The position numbers and the translations under genes were made by a program. 47,209 bases of DNA from Candidatus Omnitrophota bacterium (lineage in GTDB: Bacteria > Omnitrophota > Gorgyraeia > Gygaellales > Profunditerraquicolaceae): positions 1 through 47,209 of the forward strand of contig JAKLQX010000002.1 in assembly GCA_022013085.1 (NCBI GenBank), read 5' to 3'. Below, in pieces: positions 16,085 through 25,506 of this stretch. The notes under the pieces were generated by a model. It was not told the origin of the DNA. It did no database searches and saw nothing but the letters and a program-made list of their open reading frames with translations. Each line of letters begins with the position of its first letter. Position 1 is the stretch's first letter.

Positions 16085-16812
16085 TTAAGCATTACCACAG
16101 AAATTAATCTTCCCGCGGTTTGGGCCTCCTTGCGAAATGAAAAGAAATCATCATTATTACAGAATGTGCAAAATGCAGGATCAAAAATATTTTCTTTTTT
16201 TACTCCACAGTCAACCAGCTGCCGCTGATTAATCAAAGCAATATCCATAAAAACACGCCCATTCTTCTTAAGCAAACCGAAAGCAAAATTGCTTTTAAAA
16301 TCCTTTTCGACTTCAAAACAACAAGAGCGAATTGACGGACCAAAACCAATTAATAACTCCTCTGGTTTACTGTTGAATCTATTCTGCATAGCCTTAATTG
16401 CTTCTGCTGAGATATTCTTCTCAGTACTGCGCCAACCAGCATGTAAAATAGCAATTGCCGGTATTAAAGAATCATAAATAAAAATCGATAGGCAGTCAGC
16501 AGTTAATACGGCAACAGGCACATTCTTCTTATCAGTAATAAAACCATCCGTATCCATGACAGAACTATCATATTCTAAAGCGCCACTGCCTTGGTTAGCT
16601 TGCGTTACATATTCAATCTTCTTGCCATGCACCTGTTTAGCACAAACTAAATTTTTGTAATCAATGCCTATGCTGGAAAGGAATTTCTTGCGGCTTGCCA
16701 AAGCATTACGCGTATCTCCAAAACACAAAGACATATTCCCATCAAGGCGGCTGCTAAATGCCGCAACTATTTTTTCTAATCCAAATTTTTCTTGCGGATT
16801 AAATATCTGCAT
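16081..16812 (-). CDS. pgeF: YfiH/PgeF family (DUF152) purine nucleoside phosphorylase / peptidoglycan editing factor
   Basis: QVHGKK, LTADCLS and ILHAGWRST motifs (His-Cys-His triad pattern). Confidence 0.85.
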   Translation of the reverse strand: MQIFNPQEKFGLEKIVAAFSSRLDGNMSLCFGDTRNALASRKKFLSSIGIDYKNLVCAKQVHGKKIEYVTQANQGSGALEYDSSVMDTDGFITDKKNVPVAVLTADCLSIFIYDSLIPAIAILHAGWRSTEKNISAEAIKAMQNRFNSKPEELLIGFGPSIRSCCFEVEKDFKSNFAFGLLKKNGRVFMDIALINQRQLVDCGVKKENIFDPAFCTFCNNDDFFSFRKEAQTAGRLISVVMLK

Positions 16813-16957
16813 CTATCGAGATCAGCTTATTGCGTGACTTATCGCCGCTTTTAATCGCTATCTTATACTTCTTTATCTTAAAATATTCGCTTAACAAATC
16901 GATAAGTTGATTGTTGGCAAGGCCATCTTGGGCTGGAGAAGTATAGCCTATTTGGAT
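16799..16957 (-). pseudogene. DUF167 (YggU-family) gene remnant: C-terminal 52 codons, with no start codon
   Basis: Frame open from the TGA at 16960-16958 to the TAA at 16801-16799: IQIGYTSPAQDGLANNQLIDLLSEYFKIKKYKIAIKSGDKSRNKLISIDADI. It aligns by eye to E. coli YggU [48 protein letters not shown]. There is no ATG/GTG/TTG in frame, and the N-terminal half is missing. Confidence 0.55.
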
Positions 16958-17880
16958 TCAAGCTGCTTGGTGTCGTGGATATCCATCAGGCGATCATTAA
17001 CCCTATCTAAGCGCTTCTGCGCATCAGTATACTTACTGTTAGCGTTAAGCAAATGTGACCCAAGTATTTCGAAATCTTCCTTAAATTTATTCGTTTCGAT
17101 AGAAAGAGCGCCTAAGCTTTTTAAAATCGCTTTAGCGTTCTCTTCCACCTTAAGCCCACGCAAGCCCAAACAAATTACCTGTAAATAAGCATAAAAGGTA
17201 TTCGGTGAAACAGGAATAACCTTCTTTTGCATACTATAAGAAAAAATGTCCTCTTTTATAATTACTTCATAATAAACATTTTCCGCCGGGATATACATAA
17301 GTGCAAAATCATAAGTATTTTCCGCGGGCAAAATATATTTTGCAGCAATCTCATTGATGCGATTTTTTACATCTTGAATGAATTTCTTGCGACTGGCCTC
17401 TTTGCTATGTTCATCAGGAGCGTCTAACATCTTTTGAAAGTTTTCTAAACTAAATTTAGCATCAACCGGAACCAACCGCTCACCCAAACAAATTACCGCA
17501 TCCACCGTATCTGTACTTTTAAAACGGTATTGCGTATGATAATGCTCTTTAGGCAAAACCTGGGAAAGTAAGTTCTCTAATAAAGTTTCCCCCATTGCCC
17601 CGCGAAACTTCGGTGCACGCAGAAGTTCCTGAAGACTTGAGATATCTTTACTGATTGCAATAATCTGCTTATTTGTCTCCTCTAGCTTTCCCAACTGTTC
17701 TTTAACATTACCGAATGCAGAATTTGCATTACCTAAATTCTGGCCGATAATCTTATTTGCTTCCTGTAGGGATTGATTCATCTGATTCAAGCGGTCATTA
17801 ACCTGAGAAGAGATCTTTAAGACCACAACTACAATAAATGCAGCGAAGATAAGAAAAAGTGAGGTAAGCAATATAAGCAT
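16948..17880 (-). CDS. rmuC: DNA recombination protein RmuC
   Basis: 310 aa with an N-terminal TM segment, a coiled-coil region, and a nuclease-like core ...VDAVICLGERLVPVDAKFSLENF...FALMYIPAENVYYE. Confidence 0.8.
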   Translation of the reverse strand: MLILLTSLFLIFAAFIVVVVLKISSQVNDRLNQMNQSLQEANKIIGQNLGNANSAFGNVKEQLGKLEETNKQIIAISKDISSLQELLRAPKFRGAMGETLLENLLSQVLPKEHYHTQYRFKSTDTVDAVICLGERLVPVDAKFSLENFQKMLDAPDEHSKEASRKKFIQDVKNRINEIAAKYILPAENTYDFALMYIPAENVYYEVIIKEDIFSYSMQKKVIPVSPNTFYAYLQVICLGLRGLKVEENAKAILKSLGALSIETNKFKEDFEILGSHLLNANSKYTDAQKRLDRVNDRLMDIHDTKQLESK

Positions 17881-17910
17881 AGGATTATTATAGCACTCTA
17901 AAGAATCTGG

Positions 17911-18630
17911 TTAAAGTAAATAATCTTTTTTTACTCTTTTTAGGGAACGAAATATGTTCTTTTTTATATCTGGACAAGTTTTTTCAAGATCTTGAATAAT
18001 GCGGCCCATTCGATTACGGTTAGAAATAATAGAGTGTGGACAAACACAAGTACCATGCCCTAATTTTACCTCTTTAGCAAAACGTTTAATCAAGCGCTCT
18101 TCTACATAAGCCATCGGCCGAATCAGCGTAATCTTACCTTTAAATAACTCCTGCTTGGGCTTCATCGTTGAAATCTCTCCCCGAAAAAACAAATTTAACA
18201 GCATAGTTTCGGCAATATCATCCATATGATGCCCCAGGGCGATCTTGTTACAACCTAATTTTTTAGCGGCCAGGAATAATTCCTTCCTTCTATTCCAAGA
18301 GCACCAAAAACAGTTAATTTTACTCTTTGCTGTTTTTTTAAGAATATCTGTTTTAATTATTTTATACTCGACATTAAGCTTTTTAAAATATTTCTCTAAT
18401 TTGGCAGAAATAGATTTAGGATAACCCATATCAATATGCACCGCAACAACATCATATTTAATCGGTACAAACTTCTGCCGATCAATTAATAACCGCAATA
18501 AAGTCAGGCTGTCTTTCCCGCCTGAAACAGCAACTGCGATTTTATCATTGGGCACGAGCATCTTATAATCCATAATCGCTCTGCCCATGCCCTTAGAGAT
18601 ATAATATTCTGTTCCCTGCAAATTCCCCAT
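17911..18630 (-). CDS. ttcA: PP-loop ATPase, TtcA-like tRNA 2-thiocytidine biosynthesis protein
   Basis: VAVSGGKDSLTLL PP-loop motif plus the CFWCSW and CVCPHS cysteine motifs. Confidence 0.75.
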   Translation of the reverse strand: MGNLQGTEYYISKGMGRAIMDYKMLVPNDKIAVAVSGGKDSLTLLRLLIDRQKFVPIKYDVVAVHIDMGYPKSISAKLEKYFKKLNVEYKIIKTDILKKTAKSKINCFWCSWNRRKELFLAAKKLGCNKIALGHHMDDIAETMLLNLFFRGEISTMKPKQELFKGKITLIRPMAYVEERLIKRFAKEVKLGHGTCVCPHSIISNRNRMGRIIQDLEKTCPDIKKNIFRSLKRVKKDYLL

Positions 18631-18674
18631 AAATTACCATCCTTATATTTAGCGGGTCCTGATGAATAAAATGA

Positions 18675-18879
18675 CTCTGGTAGTTTTCGCAGCGAATGTC
18701 GATTTTAGCCAATGGAGCTTGCTAGTTGGGGACGTCCTCTTAGGGGACACCCTTGATCAAGGGTGTCCCCTTTTGGCACGTCCCTCTTTTCCGATGGCGA
18801 GGATGTTTGTTCCGCAGCCACCGGAATGCGAAAGATCATTGGCGTTAAAAAATCGACCTGAGTGAGAAAACTAGCAGAG
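18675..18879. other. candidate structured RNA (6S-like architecture) or decayed MITE; strand unresolved
   Basis: Three stacked long-range helices: 18675-18690/18864-18879 (14 of 16 Watson-Crick), 18698-18706/18849-18857 (9 bp) and 18708-18715/18836-18843 (7 bp plus one G-U). They enclose a 12-bp perfect hairpin (18743-18770) nested in GGGACGT/ACGTCCC (18729-18735/18778-18784), plus a small TTCCG/CGGAA hairpin. Confidence 0.4.
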
Positions 18880-18931
18880 ATATTTAGAGCACATGGCGAA
18901 ATCTAACGTACTTTGAAGCGAAAACCAAGAA

Positions 18932-20737
18932 TTAAATTCTGCCAGAATCCACAATCATCTTGCGGATTTTCTTATTTATTGAATGCTTGAGCAACTCTTC
19001 AAGGCCAATTGGAAGCTTGAGCGACCAGTTTTTCGTACTAATTGTCCCCGGGACATTTACGCGATTCTGATACGGATCGCCTTTGAATATATCTGCTAAA
19101 CCTAAATAGTCCCTAACTGAATTGATGCAAAATATTGACTTTGAATCTAAAACAAACTTAATAATCCGAGATAATAAATCTGCCCCGGCATCCTGCGTAA
19201 TTAAGCCCGATAAACCTAATAATTTCCAAAGCTTTTCTTTTTCGAAATAGCTGTTTTCATAAAGCTCAATAAAATCTCTTACCTCTTCATTTTTTCTACC
19301 CAATATGCAAAGCAATTTATCTACACAATCAACCTCTTTCTTCCAACGCAGCCGGCCGTAAAACGAAAAATGCAGATCAAATAACTCAAGATTAACCTTA
19401 GCAAAATCAATTCCCCTCTCCTTGCATTTTCGTACAAACAAATCTTCATCTACTGTGCCTGCTTCATATTGCCACCAAGCTTTCCAGCTTGTCGTATCGT
19501 GCGTAGAAAGCAAAGCTACCGCAAGCTGCCGGTATTGCGCTGGTAGAAGAAAATCATGCCTTACACTCCAATCTTTTACCCAACGCTGTACATCATTACC
19601 TGGGATACCAAATTCAAGTAATGCATCAGTACAGCATTTAGGGATAACCCCTAAATCTTCAGCACAAAGCAGCATTTTGGTATTTTGCGCCATCACACTT
19701 AATATTCTTTTTCCATGCTCTGCCCAACAACGTTCATCAGGAGGATCAAAAGACCCGTTTAATCCCTGGTTCGATAACGAATCATTATAAGGAATACTCC
19801 AAATACGAAAAAGCCCAGCCACATGATCAATACGTAAAATATTATAAAACTCTTGCGCGTATTTTAATTTTTCTTTTATATAGCGATAGTTATCACAAGC
19901 AATCATTTCCCAATTATAAGTAGGCATTCCCCAACGCTGGCCCTTTGCGCAATACATATCCGGTGGAGCTCCAGCGGCAAAATCAAGTTTAAAAAATTCC
20001 GGATGTACCCAAACATCCGCGCTATCCCAAGAAACCAACACCGGCAGATCACCTTTTAGAAAAATATTATTTTTTGCGGCATATTCAGCGGCAGACTTGA
20101 ACTGCTTAAAAGTAATCCACTGCAGCCACATCTGAAAAGTTATTTTCTCAATATTATTTTGTTGGAATTCTTGCAAAGCGCAAGGCGCCCGATCCCTAAA
20201 CTTCTCTTCCCACTCATGCCAAGGCTTACCGTGATTTTGCTCTTTTAGCGTTTTAAAAAGCGCGAAATCAAGTAACCAATAAAAATTCTTCTGCTGGAAC
20301 TCTTCAAAATCTTGTCCCTCACTTAAGTCGCAAGCTAAATAAACATCAAAAAGCAACTGCAGCTTAACATTCTTTAACGCATAATCAACATGCGAACTAT
20401 CGTTATTTTTAGGCTCAAATTTTATTTTTCTTAAAGCAGGAAAGTCTTTTAAGCAGATATATGACGGCTCAAGCGCAAAAGAACTTATTGCGTCATAAGG
20501 ACAATACAGCGGGCCAACTTCATTCATCGGCAAAAGCTGAATTATGGAGTTGCCAGTTAACTTTGCCCAATCGATAACAAGCTTTAAATCCCCAAAATCA
20601 CCAATGCCAAAACTATTTTTAGAATGTACAGTAAACAGCGGGATTAAAACCCCTGCACGTTTTTTAAAGCCAATGCGCAACCAGTTGTCTTTAGCTATAC
20701 TATTAGATAGAGATTCTGGAAAAGGATTTTCCGACAT
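18932..20737 (-). CDS. malQ: 4-alpha-glucanotransferase (GH77 amylomaltase)
   Basis: 601 aa; RIDHVAGLFRIW, CAEDLGVIP and LSTHDT motifs. Confidence 0.9.
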   Translation of the reverse strand: MSENPFPESLSNSIAKDNWLRIGFKKRAGVLIPLFTVHSKNSFGIGDFGDLKLVIDWAKLTGNSIIQLLPMNEVGPLYCPYDAISSFALEPSYICLKDFPALRKIKFEPKNNDSSHVDYALKNVKLQLLFDVYLACDLSEGQDFEEFQQKNFYWLLDFALFKTLKEQNHGKPWHEWEEKFRDRAPCALQEFQQNNIEKITFQMWLQWITFKQFKSAAEYAAKNNIFLKGDLPVLVSWDSADVWVHPEFFKLDFAAGAPPDMYCAKGQRWGMPTYNWEMIACDNYRYIKEKLKYAQEFYNILRIDHVAGLFRIWSIPYNDSLSNQGLNGSFDPPDERCWAEHGKRILSVMAQNTKMLLCAEDLGVIPKCCTDALLEFGIPGNDVQRWVKDWSVRHDFLLPAQYRQLAVALLSTHDTTSWKAWWQYEAGTVDEDLFVRKCKERGIDFAKVNLELFDLHFSFYGRLRWKKEVDCVDKLLCILGRKNEEVRDFIELYENSYFEKEKLWKLLGLSGLITQDAGADLLSRIIKFVLDSKSIFCINSVRDYLGLADIFKGDPYQNRVNVPGTISTKNWSLKLPIGLEELLKHSINKKIRKMIVDSGRI

Positions 20738-20746
20738 TTTCTCTAA

Positions 20747-21559
20747 TTATTTGATAGGTAGGATTAATTGAATTATTAAATCATACCAAAATAATGATAC
20801 TAATGCTGCTAAAGATAAAAACGGTCCATATGGTATTGTATGATCTTTTTTTGTAATTAAATTAATCACTCCCACAACTATTCCTAAAAAAGGCGCCAAG
20901 AAGAAAGTTAATATTGCTCTCTGCGGCCCCATAAACGCACCGATCATTGCTAAAAGCTTAACATCCCCGCCCCCCATAGATTCAGTTTCGCCATTAATCG
21001 CTGGACGCTTAAGTAACTTAAAATAAACAAGGTCAAAAAGCACTCCTGTGAGATAAATAATTCCGCCACCAACAATAAGCCCAAGAAAAGAATGTTTCAT
21101 GGGTAAGAAGTTAAATCTTAAAGGGCTCAATGTGAATCCTGTTACTGAAACCATAATAAAACCGATAATCATCCCGCCTATTGATACCTCATCAGGAATA
21201 ATACGGTGCGGGATATCTACGAAGGTAGCGATAATTAAGCCCCAGAACATAACCATATACAGAAAAAATTCATATTTTAACCCAAAGCGAGTAAAGAGCG
21301 CAACCATTAGAAACGCAGTGATTAATTCCACTAAAGGATAACGCAAAGATATCTTTTCTTTACAGCATCGGCACCTTCCTTTCAACAAAATATAACTTAT
21401 AAAAGGAATATTATCCTTTCCTGGTATTCTTTTATTACATTTTGGGCAATGCGAGCGCGGCCAAACAACAGACTCATTTTTAGGCATACGATGAATGCAA
21501 ACATTTAAGAAACTACCCACGATAGAACCAAAAATAAAAACAGTTATTTTGGCAATCAT
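20747..21559 (-). CDS. pilD: prepilin (type IV) leader peptidase / N-methyltransferase
   Basis: CPKCNKRI...CRCC zinc-ribbon-like N-terminal region, a polytopic membrane body, and the GGGDVKLLAMIGAF aspartyl motif. Confidence 0.85.
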   Translation of the reverse strand: MIAKITVFIFGSIVGSFLNVCIHRMPKNESVVWPRSHCPKCNKRIPGKDNIPFISYILLKGRCRCCKEKISLRYPLVELITAFLMVALFTRFGLKYEFFLYMVMFWGLIIATFVDIPHRIIPDEVSIGGMIIGFIMVSVTGFTLSPLRFNFLPMKHSFLGLIVGGGIIYLTGVLFDLVYFKLLKRPAINGETESMGGGDVKLLAMIGAFMGPQRAILTFFLAPFLGIVVGVINLITKKDHTIPYGPFLSLAALVSLFWYDLIIQLILPIK

Positions 21560-22398
21560 ATTTTTTTCGCTCCTTTTAATAGTGCCTCTCTCATAATTTT
21601 AATTGGGGCTTTCTTCTTGGTAAAATACTCAAAAGCAAAAACTCCCTGATATAAAAGCATGCCTAAACCATTAGAACAATTTAAACCATATTTTTTAGCT
21701 AAACTAATTAATTTCGTTTCAGCTGGATTATAAATAAGATCATAAACAAAAAGTTCTTTATGCAACCAATTCTCATCAACTAAACAAGGGTCATTAGCAT
21801 GCATCCCGGCGGGAGTTGCATTTATCAATAAATCCTTTTCGCCAATCTTTAGGTCTTCAATCCGCGTAGCTACATCAAATCTAGTTTTCGCAAAATTAGA
21901 GTTTAACTTTTTAAAAAGACTCAAAGACTTAAACTTATCAATATCATAAATACATAACTGAGGAATCTTCATTTTTGCCAAAGCAAAACAAACTGCTTTA
22001 GATGCCCCACCTGCTCCAATTATCGCTACTCTTTTAGGCTTAACCTTTAATTCCTTAAGATGCCAAATAAACCCTAAATAATCCGTGTTAAAACCTTTTA
22101 ACTTACCAGATTTTTCTACCAGTACAGTATTAGCTGCACCAATCTCCGTAACTGCCAAATTTTTGCTGTTAAGATAATCCAGGATAACTTCTTTATATGG
22201 ATAAGTAACATTAAAACCGCAAATATTGTTCTTAACCAGAGTATTTAAAAAGTTTTTAAGCTGCTCAGGCTTTAACTCAAATAACTTGTAGTTAGCTTTT
22301 ATTTTAAGAGTTGAAAAAGCAGCATTATGTATACGGGGAGAAAGACTATGGGAAATAGGAAAACCCACTAAACCGTAGAGTTTCGGTTTTAAGGTCAT
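21556..22398 (-). CDS. aroE: shikimate 5-dehydrogenase
   Basis: GLVGFPISHSLSPRIHN and IIGAGGASKA motifs; 280 aa. Confidence 0.9.
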   Translation of the reverse strand: MTLKPKLYGLVGFPISHSLSPRIHNAAFSTLKIKANYKLFELKPEQLKNFLNTLVKNNICGFNVTYPYKEVILDYLNSKNLAVTEIGAANTVLVEKSGKLKGFNTDYLGFIWHLKELKVKPKRVAIIGAGGASKAVCFALAKMKIPQLCIYDIDKFKSLSLFKKLNSNFAKTRFDVATRIEDLKIGEKDLLINATPAGMHANDPCLVDENWLHKELFVYDLIYNPAETKLISLAKKYGLNCSNGLGMLLYQGVFAFEYFTKKKAPIKIMREALLKGAKKI

Positions 22399-23900
22399 TT
22401 AGATTTTGGTTTGTTCACAGCATCAAGGTATGCCTTGATCGCTGCTTCCACAATATCTGTGCTTGAACCGCGCCCACTTACAACAACTCCACGCGTATTT
22501 AACTTAAGACTTACCTGGCCTAAAGCATCCTTGCCAGAAGTAACTGCTTCCAAGCGAAAATCTTCAAGTTTTGCCTTAAGGTTAGTGATTTTATCCAAAG
22601 CTTTAAAACAAGCATCCACTGGCCCATCACCACTTGACTGGGCAGTTAAAAGTTTACCTTTTTTATCCAAGACTACTAAAGCCTTCGGCTTAATCTTGGT
22701 GCCGCTTGAAACTTCAAAACTCTCTAACTTCCAGACCGGATGGATTATCCGAACTTCATCTTCAACAATAATCCTTAAATCATCGTCGTAAATATCCTTC
22801 TTTTTATCCGCCATGTCCTTAAAACGCATAAACGCGGTATTAAGCTGCTTAGCATCAAGGTTAAAACCCATCTTCTTCAGCCGGTCGCTAAATGCATGCC
22901 TTCCAGAATGCTTACCCAAAACTAGCTGGCTGCTCGATATGCCAACATCATGCGGATCCATAATTTCATAGGTAGAGCGCTTCTTTAGTATGGCGTCCTG
23001 ATGAATGCCTGATTCATGGCGAAAAGCATTTTTTCCCACAATTGCTTTATTTGGAGGAACAACAAAATCCGTTAAGTTGCTAACCAATCGCGATGTGCGG
23101 TATATTTCTTTAGTATTAATCTGAGTAAAGAAATCGCCAAAAACATCTTTACGCGTTGCCAGCGCCATAACAACCTCTTCTAAAGAAGCATTGCCCGCGC
23201 GTTCACCTATGCCATTAACCGTGCAATGCACCTGCCTGGCCCCGGCTAATATAGCTGATAATGAATTAGCAGTAGATAATCCTAAATCATCATGACAATG
23301 AATGGCAATCACTGCTTTCTCAATATTGCTAACGTTGTTTCTAATATCAGTAATCAGGGAATAAATCTCCTGCGGATAGCTATAACCTACGGTATCAGGA
23401 ATATTAATTGTAGTTGCCCCTTCATTAATCGCAGTTTCGACCACCCGGTAAATAAATGCTCTATCTGAACGCGTGGCATCTTCGGGAGAAAATTCTATAT
23501 CAGCACAATGCTTGCGCGCAAGGCGAATTGCATCTTTAGCAATCCTAAGAATTTCGTCTTCTGCTTTCTTAAATTTATACTTAAGATGAATTTTCGAAGT
23601 AGCCAGAAATAAATGTATACGCGGATGCTTTGCTGCCATCAAAGCCTTATGCGCAGCTACAATATCAGGTTTTAGGCAACGCGCTAGGCCACAAATAACA
23701 GCCTTCTTAATTTTACGAGATATATCTTTAACCGCCTGGAAATCACCTGCAGAAGCGATCGGGAAACCTGCTTCAATTACATCTACGCCCAGCTTTTCCA
23801 GTTGAAAAGCAATTTCGAGCTTTTGCTGCGGATTTAAAGACGCACCAGGAGCCTGCTCGCCATCCCTTAAAGTTGTATCAAAAATTATTATCTTTTCCAC
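22395..23900 (-). CDS. leuA: 2-isopropylmalate synthase
   Basis: FDTTLRDGEQ and HCHDDLGLSTAN motifs plus a C-terminal LeuA dimerisation/regulatory domain. I propose the GTG at 23900 as the start (GAGGTGA upstream). The track ATG at 23936 lies inside a hairpin and adds MFSRGSRDRGEW. Confidence 0.9.
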   Translation of the reverse strand: MEKIIIFDTTLRDGEQAPGASLNPQQKLEIAFQLEKLGVDVIEAGFPIASAGDFQAVKDISRKIKKAVICGLARCLKPDIVAAHKALMAAKHPRIHLFLATSKIHLKYKFKKAEDEILRIAKDAIRLARKHCADIEFSPEDATRSDRAFIYRVVETAINEGATTINIPDTVGYSYPQEIYSLITDIRNNVSNIEKAVIAIHCHDDLGLSTANSLSAILAGARQVHCTVNGIGERAGNASLEEVVMALATRKDVFGDFFTQINTKEIYRTSRLVSNLTDFVVPPNKAIVGKNAFRHESGIHQDAILKKRSTYEIMDPHDVGISSSQLVLGKHSGRHAFSDRLKKMGFNLDAKQLNTAFMRFKDMADKKKDIYDDDLRIIVEDEVRIIHPVWKLESFEVSSGTKIKPKALVVLDKKGKLLTAQSSGDGPVDACFKALDKITNLKAKLEDFRLEAVTSGKDALGQVSLKLNTRGVVVSGRGSSTDIVEAAIKAYLDAVNKPKSK

Positions 23901-24014
23901 CCACTCACCTCTATCTCTGCTCCCTCGCGAAAACATCTCAAAAATATCAAAGATATTTTCGAGATACGCTCGGGATAAATTCGGTCATAAACTTACGTTC
24001 CGCAAGTTTAGGCC

Positions 24015-25004
24015 TCATTTAATCCAGGGCATCATCTCTCTTAACTGTTTGCCCACCTTCTCAATTAAGTGATCGTCACCGGCTTTTATTAAGCTATCGA
24101 AATTTTTACGCCCAGTTTCATTCTCCTTAATCCATTCCCTGGCGAATTTTCCGGTTTTAATTTCCTTAAGAATCTTTTGCATTTCTTTGCGTGTTTTTTG
24201 CGTGATAATTCTAGGGCCCCGGGTTAAATCGCCATAACAAGCAGTATTCGATACTCCTCTGCGCATCCCCGAGATACCGCGCTCCTGAATCAAATCAGTA
24301 ATCAATTTTAACTCATGTAAAACCTCAAAATAAGCAATCTCCGGCTGATACCCGGCGTCAATTAAAGTATCAAAACCAGCTTTGATCAATTCACTGACTC
24401 CACCACAAAGTACTGCTTGTTCACCAAAAAGATCCGTCTCTGTTTCTTCATCAAAAGTTGTCTCAATAACACCTGCGGTGGTAGCTTTAAGCCCTTTAGC
24501 ATAAGCTAACGCTAAATCTTTTGCCTGGCCTGTTGCATCCTGATAAATCGCGATCAATGAAGGTACGCCTTTACCCTCTTCATACATTTTTCTCACCAAG
24601 GCGCCTGGGCCCTTAGGAGCAACCATAAATACATCCACATTTTTCGGCGGTTTGATCTGTTTAAAACGGATATTAAACCCATGCGAAAAGCAAAGCGCTT
24701 TACCTTTTTTAAGATTCGGCTTAATCGCGTCCTTATAAACTTTAGCCTGCGCATGATCTTGTGTAAGAATCTGAATGATATCCCCTGCTTTTGCTGCTTC
24801 CGCGGCGCCGACAGGAGTGAACCCATCTTTTATCGCTAGTTCAAAATTAGGAGTTCCCGGCATTTCAGAAACTACCACCCTTACTCCTGAATCGCGCAAA
24901 CATAAAGACTGGCCGCGCCCCTGTATACCATAACCAATAATGGCGATTGTTTTATCCTTCAATAAATTTAAATCCGCATCCTTATCATAATAAATCTTTG
25001 CCAT
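24015..25004 (-). CDS. ilvC: ketol-acid reductoisomerase
   Basis: 329 aa; [19 protein letters not shown] is a class I KARI motif. Confidence 0.95.
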   Translation of the reverse strand: MAKIYYDKDADLNLLKDKTIAIIGYGIQGRGQSLCLRDSGVRVVVSEMPGTPNFELAIKDGFTPVGAAEAAKAGDIIQILTQDHAQAKVYKDAIKPNLKKGKALCFSHGFNIRFKQIKPPKNVDVFMVAPKGPGALVRKMYEEGKGVPSLIAIYQDATGQAKDLALAYAKGLKATTAGVIETTFDEETETDLFGEQAVLCGGVSELIKAGFDTLIDAGYQPEIAYFEVLHELKLITDLIQERGISGMRRGVSNTACYGDLTRGPRIITQKTRKEMQKILKEIKTGKFAREWIKENETGRKNFDSLIKAGDDHLIEKVGKQLREMMPWIK

Positions 25005-25032
25005 TTGTACCCTCCTTATGAATTTTTATTTG

Positions 25033-25506
25033 TCAATTTTGTATTACTAACTTACCTGTTCTTACTAACTCTTTTACCCCAAACTTTTCCAAAACCTCTA
25101 AAAGCGTTTTTATCTGCACCTGATCACCAACTGCCTCGATTATTGCGGTATTATCCTTAGCCTGAATAATTTTTCCCACGAATTTACCAAACAAAGCCTC
25201 AAGTTCTTGCCTGTCTTTTGCCAAACATCCAACTTTAACTAAAATTAATTCCCGGTCAAGATGGCCTTTTTTCGTAAAATCAGTTACCGTAATAACATCA
25301 ATAAGTTTATTTAGTTGTTTATTAATCTGCTCTAAGATCTTTTCATCCTGAGCATCAACTACAATAGTCATATACGAAATTGTAGGATCCAGGGTCTCAG
25401 AGACTGCTAAAGAAGCAATATTATAGCCCCGGGCGCTAAATAATCCCGCGATGCGCGCTAATACTCCAAATTTGTTCTCAACTAATACTGATATTGTATG
25501 CCTCAT
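25033..25506 (-). CDS. ilvN: acetolactate synthase small (regulatory, ACT-domain) subunit
   Basis: MRHTISVLVENKFGVLARIAGLFSARGYNI is a typical N-terminus. Confidence 0.9.
   Translation of the reverse strand: MRHTISVLVENKFGVLARIAGLFSARGYNIASLAVSETLDPTISYMTIVVDAQDEKILEQINKQLNKLIDVITVTDFTKKGHLDRELILVKVGCLAKDRQELEALFGKFVGKIIQAKDNTAIIEAVGDQVQIKTLLEVLEKFGVKELVRTGKLVIQN

Noticed and set aside
18662-18865. 67-aa plus-strand ORF inside the malQ|ttcA spacer.
   Set aside because: It is read through the perfect palindromes and long-range helices, it has no SD, and the region is better explained as structured RNA or a repeat.
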